Shown: piece after piece, positions 41,901-55,221 of the stretch
Numbering within the stretch: the stretch's first letter is position 1
How the letters are laid out: each line of letters begins with the position of its first letter
Assembly: GCA_015680685.1 (NCBI GenBank)
Contig: MNCI01001349.1
Span: 2,600 to 66,599, forward strand
DNA from: Gnetum montanum
Taxonomy: Eukaryota > Plantae > Gnetophyta
Reading direction: 5' to 3'
Length of the DNA stretch: 64,000 nt
Notes under the pieces: generated by a model
The model's database searches: none
The model's input: the letters and a program-made list of their open reading frames with translations, nothing else
What the model was told of the DNA's origin: nothing
Made by a program: the position numbers and the translations under genes

Positions 41901-43070
41901 GTGTGTAGATGAAAATCATACAACAACAGATTGGATCTAGAGGGAACACTTGGAATGGACTGGTGTTGAAGCAGTTATGCAAGGAAGAATATTGATGGTG
42001 CGCTTATGGATGAACAATGAAAAGCACAATCTTCGCATTGGCAGCAACAAACTTCTTCTTTTCTCTCTCTCTTCTCTCTTCTCTCTCAGCTGCCAAATAA
42101 GGCTGGATGTCAAATGTGTATAGTGTTCACCCTTGTTATCATGAACACTAATTTTACCATGTATTATAATGATGATCCGTTCACATGTCATCCTATTCAC
42201 CATTAGCATCATTTTAGTTAATAATCCCATACCTTCCCAATATTTTGTAAGGAACTCAAGGATGATTTTTCATTCAGTCATGGGGGTATGATGATCCATG
42301 ATACCACGTCTGCCCCTACGATATCATGTACATAATATTGAAACCCACTACAATGTCTATAAATAAGAGGTGGCTTTCCCTATTTAGGCATCTAGATCTA
42401 GACCCTTAGCCAAACTCTTACAATTTTATTGTTCCAAAGTTATAATAATTTCTAGGTGCTCGTAGTAGGAGTCTTAAAGTGAACAGATCTTTATTTGAGC
42501 AAATTGTACCTAAGCACACATTGTGTACAGCAATAAAGACAAACTTTCTGATAAACCTTGCAGCATGTGGACTAAGCTAAATAGGAGTTAATTATTGTTA
42601 ACTATTAAACTGCTTTCCTAGATAATTAATCCTCTCAACCCTTGACTCCCCTAGTTAAGTGCACTTAGTACAACCACTTCGAGCATGTGTGTAATGCTTG
42701 GTAGCCCAGTAACAAGTAGCGTTTGGTAATCCCAGCAATGTTGCACTGGTTCAGGGTGTGTGCGACAAGTGGGAATGGATACTGGTGCTAGGACACTTAG
42801 AACTTAGTTAATGAAAGTTATTCACTTAGTCTCTTCACCTTTCCTATTAGCATAAGGCATTAAAAAGATAAAAGATATAAAAATCATATACCTCAAGCTT
42901 ACTTAACCATACAACCATGACAATACAAATAAGTTTAGAAAGACAACAATTGATTAACCTCAAGTGTTCCATTAGGGCACATAATCACTTCGTCCTTGGC
43001 ATTCGACTGGATCACACGTGAGACACTTGTATTCATATGGTTGAGTGTAGGGGTACCTCGCCACTCATCA
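35982..43070 (+). mobile_element. Athila-like LTR element 2 (gag-protease, no RT/INT)
   Basis: LTRs 35982-36766 and 42289-43070 (TGATGA...CTCATCA); TSD TTCCC at 35977-35981 and 43071-43075; degenerate Asp PBS 36768-36784; PPT before 42289. Confidence 0.92.
36907..40310 (+). pseudogene. gag-protease of element 2
   Basis: 37824-38051 (LKFFPRTLMNEA) is homologous to element 1 gag; protease FLDLGSEVNLI near 39565; MGRAWL; boundaries approximate. Confidence 0.8.
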
Positions 43071-44365
43071 TTCCCCAACTTGGGCACTCCACACTCGGAG
43101 GGTAGATTGCAAGCACACCTCCAAACTTTGTTTCTCTCAAAATGTGGTTTAAGGATTCACACTTTGTATAGTCTTCAAGCCCTACTCCAGAGTGTTGTAC
43201 CTCATCACCAACCACTCAACCCTACAATGTCCTATCAGACTTGGAAATATGGTTTCAAGGCTCCCACAACCTTTACAACCTTAAGCTCTACATCGGAGTG
43301 TTGTACCATAGCATCAACAACTCAATCCTGTAGGATCCCAACAAGCTCAAGCACATTAACCCCACATAGCAACAAAAATAAGAAATATAAGGAATTATTC
43401 CAACTCAATTTGATGATCCTTGCATAGTTAGGTACAACACACTTTACAAATCCAAAATGATTAGATGATGAGAAGTAATAGAAAATTCAATGATTACAAA
43501 TGATTGTACAATGAATACAACAATGCTTACACATTTCCCAATGCACATAAAATCTTCTTATAGCTACCATGTTGCTAAATTCTTCTTGAAACTTGTGTAA
43601 TAGCTAGCTAATAGTCACTAATGGTCATGGGAGACATCTTTCTCATGCCTAAGACGTCTCTCTAAATTTGGCTTCAAATTTGGAAAGATGTCTTTGTTTC
43701 ATGAAAGATGTCTTTTTGAAGTATCTATCTTGGAAGACAAATTTGCTTAATGGAAGATGTCTTTGTGCATTTGGTCTACATTCTGTAAAGACATCTTTGG
43801 CTAGGGAAAGGCATCTTACTATTTTTGAAGACATCTTTCTAAATTTTCTTTGAGTTGATCCCAAATCTTTCAAGACATCTATTGCTTCCCAAAGACATCT
43901 TTCTTCACTTTCTCTTACATGATGAATTCATTGTTCCTTATCTACAACCTTGATCTTCTGTATGCTTTAATGATGTCCACTTTTCTTATACACTATCAAG
44001 TCCTTGTTCACATTCTTTGGACATTTGTTTGAAGACATGTGGGTTACCTCCTCCTTTGAGCTTTAGGATAGTTCATTCCTTGTCCTCTTTAGCTCATTTT
44101 GGTTTCCTATGTATGTAGTCCTACAAACACAAGAACCATACAATCATACAAACAACTTTTGTCTCCAATTTACTTAATTTTTTTACAATACCATAACACA
44201 CCAAAATGTCCACAATCTCTCCATTTTTGATGATATTAAAAACTTAAGAAAATGGCCCAACGATCATAAAAATATAATAATACTACTCTCTCCCCAATCA
44301 GATGTCCAAAGAAAATTGTTAGTATAAGGAATACATCTTCTAAAAATATTAGATGTATTTTCTAG

Positions 44366-46905
44366 TGAAGAAGAAAAGCTTTGATGTGACATTTCAATTG
44401 GGAAACATCCAAAAGACTCTAGATCCATGTGGGAAACATCTTAGGAGGCAAATAGAAAGCTTCCTAGGGTTTTGAATCTATATAATCATGTATGCCTTCA
44501 TCCATGAGAAGGAAGGAGAGCTAGGTAAGAGAAATTAGGCGAGCACATTGGGTGTGTATAATAGGTAATTGCAACTCCAAGATCAGCTTGTGGTGTGTTG
44601 ATCTATGTATTCAATTCTCTTGTATCTTACTTGTGAGTTGAGATCTCAGTCTCGGGTTATGGGAGAGATTTCTCTTGGTTATGTCTTGCATTAAGAACAA
44701 CCATTGTATGTTTTAGAGCCTCATGCTCTACAACAACGTTATGAGTATGTTAGGTTTTTGGATGCTTATGGGTTATGTAAATACTATTGTAATCTTCAAA
44801 TAATTTAATTGAAGATAGCTAATTTTTTTTGTTTTGTAGCAAATAAAATTGTCCTCTTTAGTAATATCTGGATATGTGTTTTCTTGTGGCTTCTTTGTCT
44901 ATGGATTGGAGACATCTTCACTTTAGGAAACACATCTATCTTGAAGGTGCCAAAAATAAAAATGCTTGTTTTGATGTTGGGAGCCTTTGGATTCCTTCCA
45001 AAAAGTTCCCATAGATCATGGATCCTCCTAAAATCATCAAAATAAGGCAAAAATACCTCTGAACATGCCAGAACATCCAAGAATATTCATCATAAAAATC
45101 AACACAAAAACTAGATAGGTGTCCAAGGCTTCTCCAAGTAAAAAACTTGCAAAAACAACTTGTAGGATAAGCACGATGGAATTGAAAGAGATGTTCATAC
45201 ACTAGCTCTCCCAACCTTCAAAAAGTCAACTCATGTGAACAAGGGAGTAGGGTAGAAGTGATCCCCCACTCAAAAAGTTTGGTCTCATGGACCCATATAG
45301 CATCATCAATGAATTGAGCCTTGCAATGAATCAAATATTCATGCCTCTTAACTCCCTGAGTGCTAGAAGCTTTTCTTCACTTGAATACAATTTCCTTCTT
45401 TTTCATTGAAGGCTTTGATTGATCAATATCCCCCTTCAACTCATCGATGCTTCCATGTACGGTCTCTTCATCAACTAGTCCATGATAGTGCACAAGATCT
45501 GAAACATTAAATACAAAAGACATAACAACATCATCTGGTAAATCAATCTCAAAAGGATTGTCATTAATTTTAGCCTTGATTTTGAAAGGCCTCATCTTTT
45601 TAGCATTTAATTTGAAGATGTTAACATCTCTCAACTACTTCTTCTTCAAGTGCACCCAAACCAAGTCACCAACAATAAAATTAGGCTTTTCCTTGTCCTC
45701 ATTCCTCTTAGGAACTTTCTCTTCAGCCGTTGTCTCAAGATTTTATTTTACTTGTGCATGGAGATCCCTCATCTCATACATAAAATAAGCACTATGTTGA
45801 GATTCACCATAAAATCTATTCAAATTGTCCACCATCTTTGGACAAAATCTATAGTTCACCTCAAATGGGCTTTTGACAATTGCAACATGATAACCATTAT
45901 TATATGAAATTTTAGCATGACATAATAAGTTTTTCCACGTATTTGGTTGTCCATCACACAAACATCTCAATATGTTTATTAAGGATTTATTCACCACCAT
46001 TTTTTAACCATTAGATTATGAATGATATGAAATAGGAAAATTCAACTTTGTTCCTAAAAAATTCCAAAGGGATTTCCAAAAATGACTTGTGAACTTGGAG
46101 TCTTTGTCACTAATAATATTGAAAGGAATACCATGCAACTTTACAACATTTGCAAAAATAAATTTGTAACATGGGAGGCATCACTCATATTATTCCATGG
46201 AATAAAATGTGCTATCTTGGAGAACTTGTCCACAACAATAAAAATTGCATCGTTCACACTCTTGGTCTTTGGAATACCACTCACAAAGTCCATTGACACA
46301 CTTTCTCATGGACCTTTTGGAATTGGCAAAGGCATATAGTATCCATCCATACCTTTACTTCCTTTGAACTTTTGACATGTCAAGAACTCCACAAATTTTG
46401 AAACTTTAGTTGCCATACGTGGCCAAAAATAGTGTCTACCCACAAGTTTCAATGTTTTATCCCTACCCATGTGACTTTCCATGCCACTATAATTCTTTTC
46501 AATCAAAATATTTTTCCTCAAATCACAATTAGAAACACATAGCTTTCCATTCTTAAATAATGGTTCATATTGAATATGATAGTTCCTCCATTGGTCTATG
46601 CTATTCATCAATGCCTCTTTGAGGCTCCTCCAAACTTGTCCAAAATCAACATCATGCTCATATAAAGAAGTAAAATCACCCATACATTCTACATGAGGTA
46701 TGCTAAAATTTACCACACGCACCCTAGATAATGCATTATCCACCACATTGGCTTTTCCACTTTTGTGCCTCAACAAAAAATTGAACTCTTGTAACTATGC
46801 AACCCACTTCATGTACTTTGCAGTCAACTTCTTTTGAGAGTTTAGAAATTGAAGTGCTTTATGGTCCATCATCAAAGTGAATTCTTGGGCAGCAAGTAAT
46901 GCTAA
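44366..46905 (-). mobile_element. Chromovirus (Ty3/gypsy) fragment: RH end, integrase, chromodomain, PPT, 3' LTR
   Basis: HYLLPK..; HKSGKANVVDNALSR..HMGRDKT..YFWP (46306-46776); GPY/F-like region 45377-45634; read-through EYLIHCKAQFIDDAIW; PPT 45202-45216; LTR begins TGTATG at 45201. Left boundary uncertain. Confidence 0.8.
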
Positions 46906-46929
46906 TGAAGAAGAAAAACTTTGACATCC

Positions 46930-49291
46930 AGTAAGTCATCAAGCCCTGCTCTAGAGTGTTGTACCATAGCACTAATCACTCAATTCTACAAGGTCCCATC
47001 TAGCTTGGAAATGTTGCTTCAATTCTTCCACAACCTTTACAATCTTTGAGCTCCTCACCAGAGTGTTGTATCATAGTACCAACAACTCAATCTTTCAATA
47101 TCTCAACAAGCTCAAGGAACTCAACCCTTAGGGCAATAAGAACAAGAATTACAAGGAATGATTGCAACTAGATTTTCTGATCCTTGCATAGTTAGGTACA
47201 ACACATTTTACAAAGACAAAATGATTAGATAATGAGGAGTAATAGAGAATTCAATGATTACAAATGATTGCACAATGAATACAACAATTATTGCACATTT
47301 CCCAATGCACATGAAGTCTTCTTATAGCTGTAGTGTTGCTAAATCCTTCTCAAAACTCATGCAACAACTAGCTAATAGTCACTAATGGTCATGGGAGATG
47401 TTTTTCCCACACCTAGAATAGCTCTCTGAATTGGCCTTCAAATTTGGGAAGACATCTTTGTTCCCTAAAAGAAATCTTTCTGAAGTATCTATTCTGGAAG
47501 ACGTCTTTGTCTTATGAAAGATGTCTTTCTAGATCTGGTCTACATTCTATAAAGATGTCTTTTTCTCATGAAAGATTTATTTGTCTGAGAAAGACATCTT
47601 AGTGTTTTTGAATATGTCTTTGTTTGAATCCACTCCAAATCTACCAAGATGACTGCTACTTTGTAAAAATTCCTTTCTTTACTTTCCTTTGTATGATGAA
47701 TGCATCATTCTTTGTCTGCAACTAAGTTCAGTCCAAGTTGTTATTTTGCAAGAACAACACGTACAAACAAAATTGTTTTCTATTTTTCTTAATGTTTTAA
47801 CATATCAAAACAAAATGGTCCACAATCTTCGCCTTTTGGTAATTAAGAAAATGGGTTAGTCTTGTTTCAATAGTAACAAAATAATAGCACATTTTAATTC
47901 TCCACCTTTTTGGACATAACAAAAAAGGTGAGACAAACTCCCCCTAAATAGATGCATAGAGAAAAGAAAATATTTTTGGTGTTTTGGATTTTTTTATGTT
48001 TGTTTGATTTTATTTTATTTGGAGTAAGAATAGAAATACTCACATGATAAGACAAGGCCCTATCCCCATATTCTTACATAGAGATGCCAATCGATGTTCA
48101 TCCAAGGGTTTTGTAAAGGCATCTGCTAGTTAACTCTTAGTTCCAATGAACTCTAGTCTAACATGACCACGCTATGTATGCTCCCATATGAAATGATGGT
48201 GAATCTCAATATGTTTCATATGAGAATTTTGAATTGGATTCTTGGTCATGTTGATGGAACTCTTGTTATCACAATAAATAGAAGTTAAGTCTACAAGCAC
48301 ACCCAAATCTTTGAGAGTTTCCTTCATCCAAAGTATTTGAGCATAAAAACTACCAGTAGAGATGTATTTAGCCTCCATAGTTAAAAGAGCTATATAGGAT
48401 TGCTTTTTGATTATCCAAGAAATAGGGCTTCTTCCCAAGAAGAAACAATAACTAGTGCTATGTCAATTATTAGAACATCTTGCCTAATCTGCATCACAAT
48501 AACTAGTGAGATCAAGGGGGAATCCTTTGGATACCAAAGGTCCCAATTAGTAGTACATTTTAAGTAGTGAAAGATTCATTTAATAGCTTGGTAGTGTGAA
48601 TATTTTGGAGCTGACTAATATCTAGCACACAAACCTACACTTAAGGCTATATTTGGTCAACTAGTAGTTAGATAAAGAAGACTTCCAATCATACATCTAT
48701 CAAGCTTGGGATTAACTAGCTTGCCTTAATCATCTTTAACAAGTCTAAAATTTGCAGCAATTGGAGTACTTTTAACTTTAACATTAGAAAAACTGTATTT
48801 TAGTAGAAAATATTTTACATACTTGGTTTTACATAAGAAGGTTCCATTAGGTGTTTGATAGATTTGAAACCCAAGAAAGTTCTTGAGTTCTTCCATCATG
48901 CTCATTTTGAATTTAGACTACATAAGATTAGAAAATGTCTTACAAAGAATTTCGTTAGTGGCATCAAAAATAATATCATCAACATAGATTTGAATAATTA
49001 AAAGACCTTTTAAGAAATAATGTAACATTAGCGTTACTCCTTATGAATCCATTTGGTATGAGATGTTGAGAAAGCCTTTCACACTAAGCTCTTAGAGCTT
49101 GTTTAAGATCATAGAGAGCTTTCTTGAGTTTGTAGACATGATCAATCTTAGTTGAATCAAAAAATCCCTTAGGTTATTCAATGTATACTTCTTCTTGAAT
49201 GGTTCTATTTAAGAAGGCACTTTTGAAATCCATTTGATAGAGATTGATGTTGTTAATACTAGCATAGGAAAGAAGAAGTGTAATAGGTTCC
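46930..49291 (-). mobile_element. Second SIRE-like copia: partial 3' LTR (46930-47824), multiple PPTs, RNase H and RT, cut by Tat element B
   Basis: ISWIIKKQSYIAL..EAKY..AQILWMKETLKD..YCDNKS..KHIEIHHHFI; QIYVDDIIF; YQMDFKSAFLN; three PPT-like tracts at 47825-47946; no env-like ORF between pol and LTR. Confidence 0.85.
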
Positions 49292-50919
49292 TAAAACACC
49301 ACCAAGTTTGGGCTTCTAGGTCTCAACTATTGGCAGATTTTATTTGAGTGTTGAGACTATGCTCCCCACTACTAAGACTATGCTCTAGAGCATAGTTAGC
49401 ATAGTTGACACAAATAATCTAGATTTACAAATTTTTCTAAGTGTCTTGAGTATGATCACCCAGTAGGGACTATGCTCCAAAGTGTAGTTAGTGTAGTCAA
49501 CCTTCGAATGACCAGTTATGAAAATTCTACTAAGGTCCAAGCTAGAGGCTACTAAGCATGGTTGGGATGGACAAAATAGTTTGGTAGATTTCATAACTCC
49601 TAAGCCTATGCTTCCTACTATACTCTAGAGCATAGTTAGTGTAGTTTGCATGGGCACATCATCTTTGCAAGATTTCTCTAAGTGTCATAACTATGATCAC
49701 ACCTCCAAGACTATGCTCTAGAGCATAGTTAGTGTAGCTTACATTGAGCATCATTTTCTACCAAGATTTGCCTAAGTCCTAGGTCTCTGCTCTAGAGCAT
49801 AGTTAGTGTAGTCTACCGAAAATATCTTCAAAAGCCTCCAAAACTCAACACCAGCTTGCATCTTATATCTAAAATTCCTTTTGCATGCAAAACCAACAAG
49901 TTTTATTACTTTTGCATCCCTCACTTTCCCTAAAATTGTACATATGCTTGACACTACTTGATAGAGTGGACATTGTAGTCTTAGAGCATAGTCTTCAAGC
50001 TTCACTATTTTACACTGTTTTTAGGTACATTGTTGTTTGTTTGACATTCGCATTTGCAATCTTGGCAGCATAGTCACAGTTTGGCAGCTTTAAAGGGTCC
50101 ATTGGAGCATTTCATTAGAATACCATTTTACTTTAGTGGAGGCATAGTTGGGGTCAGCATAGTCTCAGCTACCCCTATGCCATGTGGTGTTCAATCCAGA
50201 ATTCATGGTAAGCCTAGCCCTATAAATACCCCTACACTTCACGTTTTAGGGGTTGGCATTTTCATTTAGTAGTTCACATTTTAGCATTGGAACTCTTGAA
50301 TTCAAGCACCCTTAGCATCTTGACAAACTTTGGGACACCATCAAACACCATTGGACATCACTACAACATTGTTGTACATCACCTAAGACATCACTGACAA
50401 TCGTAGCCCATAGGACACCATGGCAGCCAACTTGGCAGGTTTAGACTCTATAATGGATGTTAGTTCTTCATAGCCAAACACCTTGAGACTATGACTATGC
50501 TTGCCTACTATGCCTGTCATATGCTACGTACCTCCTAAACTTTTCTTTATAATTGACTATGCTATTCCTGCTTAGGGTGATGCCACTTTCTCTCTCACCT
50601 ACATCTTGCATGTTTTTAGCATTTTAAAATTTTATTCACCTTTTTCACTATTTACACACATATTCATGCATTCACATCCTTATTTTTCATGCCCAAAACA
50701 CCTACTATGCTCACACCCCCAAACACCATGAAACACTATATCAACACCTTAGCACTCATTTTTTCGTAACACTTGTAAGTCCTAGTTTGATCAACAAGAC
50801 CATCTTGGATATGCCACTTCCATTTTCCATCAAGCCCTCATGTGAAAGCAAGGCCAAGACTATGTGATAACAAACCTCTTGATGTTCCATTCTATCCTTT
50901 AATGTTTTCAATATCTATA
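49292..50919 (+). repeat. 5' LTR of element B
   Basis: Starts TAAAACACC where the copia RT frame breaks; TATAAATA at 50221; followed by a degenerate PBS TAGCACTAGAAGGATGG at 50926-50942. Confidence 0.8.
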
Positions 50920-51283
50920 GTATTCTAGCACTAGAAGGATGGCCTTCATCATTTCCTTCTTCGGCCATCCCTTAGTTGTTGGCTTGCATGCTCTCTACAC
51001 TATTGGTGTGGATTGTATCCCATTGTCTGTTAGCCTAGAACCCTACTAAAAAACACCAAAGCACATAACTTGACCAAATTGTAGGTTCTCAATAGAGTGT
51101 AGCTAGCTTTAGCGTAGTGAGTGTAGCAAGCTCTGAGTGTAGTCCTAGAGTTAGCATTTTTCTTCAACAATTTATAGTTAGTTATTTTTTTGTATTTTTA
51201 TACTTACTCATTTTTTTCATTTCTACACTTATCCATTTTTTAGCTTTTGCAAATCGCAAACTCTTAGCATTCTTTGTTGTACC

Positions 51284-54200
51284 ATGAATCCTAAATAGCC
51301 TTCAACCTCTACTTTGAGTGTGGTTGTTATCTGGCGCATTCAGTAGGATATACAAATTGACCTTTTTGGGGCTAAAGGCCCCATCCTAGTATAGAGGTAA
51401 TCTCTTAGGTAGTGTAACCTACATCTCAAGGTCATGGTGCTTAACGATGAGTAGTATAACTTCATTTGCACAAAACTCCAAGTAGGTTTTCCCTTAGACT
51501 ACCAAGAAATAAAGGCCAAACATAGTTATGAGATAATGTACCATACTAAGATGGAATGACTTCCTTCCAATTTTAACTTTGTCTCACTCACGGAAGATTA
51601 CTAGTGGATGCTAGATAATCTCCTCTACAACATGAGTTATGAGGGAGGGATGGACTACGAGGAGCTCATTAAGGAGGAGCTGGATAAGTTCAAGGCTTAA
51701 TCAGAGCATGAAAACTGATTCCATACCTAATTCTAGAAGACAACCTTTGTGTTTGTCCCTTTGCAGTCCCATAACACTATGTCATCACCCAAGTCAACAC
51801 CTATGGTGTTAACTCATCACATGCCACAGATGCACCAAGATGCTGCTATTCCTTTTAGTCTTCCTTTTAGCGTGCTTTTCACCATCCCTTTGTAGCTTGT
51901 GCAACCTTCACAACTTATTCAGGCTATTCAACCCATTCAGACTATTCAGGTCATTCAAACTTTTGTAGCAGTAACCATTGTGCCTATGCAACCCTACATG
52001 CACCCCATGTATGTTCCTTCCCTGCCATACATGACTCAAGCATCATTCATGCCACCTGTCATGTTAGCACCTCTTATGATAGCCTAGGCCAGAAACTTGT
52101 GGTGGGGCCCAAGTGTTGTGTCTATGGTGTAACCCACACAACAAGCATTGCATGTGGTCACACAACCCAAAGTCGGGTCATGGGCCACCCAACAACCACA
52201 TAGAGCAACAAAACCTATGTAGCCTACCATTACAATCACACTTGGCTTGGATTAAGCATTCTAGCTGGTCCAAAACCCTACTGAAGAGGTCAAGCAGCTT
52301 AAGGTTGCCTCCCTAAAGATAGCCCATGTGATGGACTTTTACTAGGATGATCCAATCAATCTTGTAGTCCCACCACTAGAATTTCCCATTAGGGTTCCAC
52401 TCACATAATTCACCAAACAAGTAGCCCACATCATCAGGAATCATGACACCAGTAGCCATAAGGCCTAACTTCAAGCATAAGGATTGGTTGAAGTATACGC
52501 CATTACCCATCAAGTGGTTAGCATTGTTGGACCAACTACTTCATGTTGGATGCATCTAGTAGAAGAAAATGTTTGAGGATGCTCACAAGTGGCATGATTG
52601 ATATTATGAGCTCCTCAAAAATCCTTTAGCCACACTACCAAATAAGCCCCCAGTCCTTAAGCATTTCAAATTGGAATGATTTTGCCAGTATCTCCAATTG
52701 CAAGGTCATGACATAGACTTTTGCATGGCTTTGTAGGATGACATTCAATGCATGATTGACAAGGGTGAGTTGGTCCTTAATACTACCAACTTGATGTGTC
52801 CCTAGAACTAAACAATGGGGTTTACAAGGACCCTCTTAATGCAAGTAGTGTAGGGTACATCATCAATGCCATTAGCTTTGATGATGATGCAAAATTTGCA
52901 TGAGAGCCATTTGTGGTTCATATGCCCTTTGGTAACATTAGGGCCTCCTCAACATCAACCAATTTGAGGATCCCTTTTGTCATCAAGGCACCTCCTTAAG
53001 TGCACTTGCATCACATTGCAGCTACAACAACCCAAACATCCTTCATCATAAGGGTGCCATAATGTGTGCCCCCCTAACTATTAGAAGCCCAATGGTGGAT
53101 AATGCATCGACCCTTGCTCATCCAAAACCCAATCCTACAAGCGATGCCAATAAAAAAACAAGATAGCAAACCAAGAGGCCTAATGTGTGCCTCACCAATT
53201 TAATACTTAGGCAACACTAGGAGAAAAGGGCATTAGGCCCACCAAAGCCTATTCCCTTGTCCTTTGTACTAATGGCCCAACCAACCAAAGAGGTCATAGC
53301 AACTACCAACCAGCCCTAGAGCATTGAGGCTCCAACAACAGGCAACCAACAATGGAGCATTGAGGCTCTAGTAATAAGCAACCAATAATGGATCATTGAA
53401 GCTCCACTGCAAACAAAACAAGCAAGGCCCAAATCCCTTCCACGAGAGACTCATCTCTTGGGCTGAATGGAGGAGATGAAGGCCACCAACAACAAAGTAG
53501 TAGATAATGGCAAAGACTTCCTTGATGCATTGGCCTAGATCAAGTAGGCTCTAAAATAAAAAAATACAACATTAAGCCTATATGACTTGGTAATGACTTC
53601 CTTTGCCCATCGTGAAGTGTTGGTGCACATGTTGATCTATATCCCTATCATATAGGACATCCTAGTAGATGAAGTCCATCCATGCTGTAATGTTACCTCC
53701 TCCTTCATAAGAATTAAGTTTAACACCCCTAGCATTTCATGAAGAGAAAATCAAGATGGACCTTAGGAAGGGTCAAGTCATTACTGTGAAAATGTTCATC
53801 ACCATCTGTGTGAGTGAATGTAGGATCCATAGGGTGCATGTCAACAATAGGGTAGCAACCAATGTCATCCCATACATAGTTATTGACAAGCTTGGTATTG
53901 CTAAGAAAATCCAACCAATGAAGAAAACATGTCTGAAATCCTTCAATGGGTTGCATGTTGTCATATGGGGAACTGTCACGACAACCTTTGTGGCAAGGGA
54001 GCAACTCCCCACCACTACCAAATTCATAGTGGTTGAGGAGATGTTAGGTTTCAACCTGATCTTCGGTAGGCCTTGGTTAGCCTAGCTACGGGCCATCTCC
54101 TCCACAATTCATCAAGAAATCCACCTTTTATAGAAAGGTGGAAAGGTTATCATACATAGTGACAACACAACCCCTCTAACAATTAGCAACATCAATGCTA

Positions 54201-54500
54201 AATAGAGGTCAGAGATAGAGTTTCCCAATGACATACCTCCCATGAAAGATGAAGGAGAAAAATGCGAAGCAGACCAACTTGAAGAGCTAATAGAGGCCCT
54301 TGACCTTTTGGAAGATGCTTTGTGGGCATAATTTCCCTTTGAAATAGTTGACAAAGGTTAGGGCAAATACCATATTATACCCTCCAAGCCCCATGCACCT
54401 CCTAACCCACATCAAATTAGGAAACAACTTTGTGACTAAGGCATCCTAGTTGGTGTCGGGCCCCTACCTACCTCACTTCTACATGCTTTGCTTGTTTGCA
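51284..54500 (+). pseudogene. Tat B gag-protease (core gag domain deleted)
   Basis: Knuckle CQYLQLQGHDIDFC near 52683; protease 53756-54085 homologous to A 14287-14784; boundaries approximate. Confidence 0.82.
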
Positions 54501-54689
54501 TTTTGATTGCATTTTACATCAGTTTGGTTGTTACCATTTTTTGCATTATTTATTTTACATTTTTTTGTTTCTTCTGCTTCTAAATGTTTACTAGGATTAC
54601 CATTTTGCTTAATTACTTTTTGGTAATTAGTTTACATAGTGAAATGTATAAATATCATAAAGTTCAAAAATTATGAAACGTCACAACCT

Positions 54690-55045
54690 ATTAAGGCCTA
54701 AAATTGGCAATCTTTCCTTCCTTTATTGGGCCCAAAATGGTCCAAACCTAACTAGCATGGCTAGCCATGGCCTTAAACTATCATCCTATAGCACAAAAAG
54801 GCCTTAAACTATTACATGGCATACCACAGCCTAAAACTGCTGATTAAATCTCCCTTTATTGAATTGCCTGAAATGGCCTAAAACTACTAACATGGCTTGC
54901 CATGGCTTTAAATTGGAATTCTATCACCTAAAAAGGCCTTGAAATACTACATGACCCACCATGGCCTAATTGGTAACACTTTTCCTTTCCACACATGGCC
55001 TGAAATGGCCTTACACTATCATTGGGACCTAAAATGGCCTAATCG
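54690..55045 (+). repeat. Array of about 10 dyad motifs downstream of gag-PR (element B)
   Basis: Units such as TGCC-TGAAAT-GGCCTAAAACTA, GGCC-TGAAAT-GGCCTTA and GGCT-AGCCAT-GGCCTTAAACTA. Confidence 0.85.
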
Positions 55046-55221
55046 CATTAACTCATTGCAAAATTAACATCAAACATGGTAAATAAATACAAAAATCAAC
55101 TCATCATACACTCCACAAAGCAAAAATTCACTACATCTCATAAAAATAAATAGTACATATCATCTGCATTATACAAAAAAAATACAAAAATGCCCAATGG
55201 CAAGGCTACATCAAGATTTGC

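Larger units (their letters stand above)
35854..44300 (-). mobile_element. SIRE-like copia 3' LTR (35854-35981 and 43076-44214, split by element 2) with multi-PPT region
   Basis: G-run followed by ...CTGAATAAG, like the reversed SIRE LTR end; AAGAYRTCTT palindromes; pyrimidine tracts at 44215 and 44286; similar to 46930-47824. Confidence 0.7.

Noticed and set aside
52400-52430. Missing core gag domain in element B
   Set aside because: Element A retains the domain, so this looks like a copy-specific deletion rather than a family trait.
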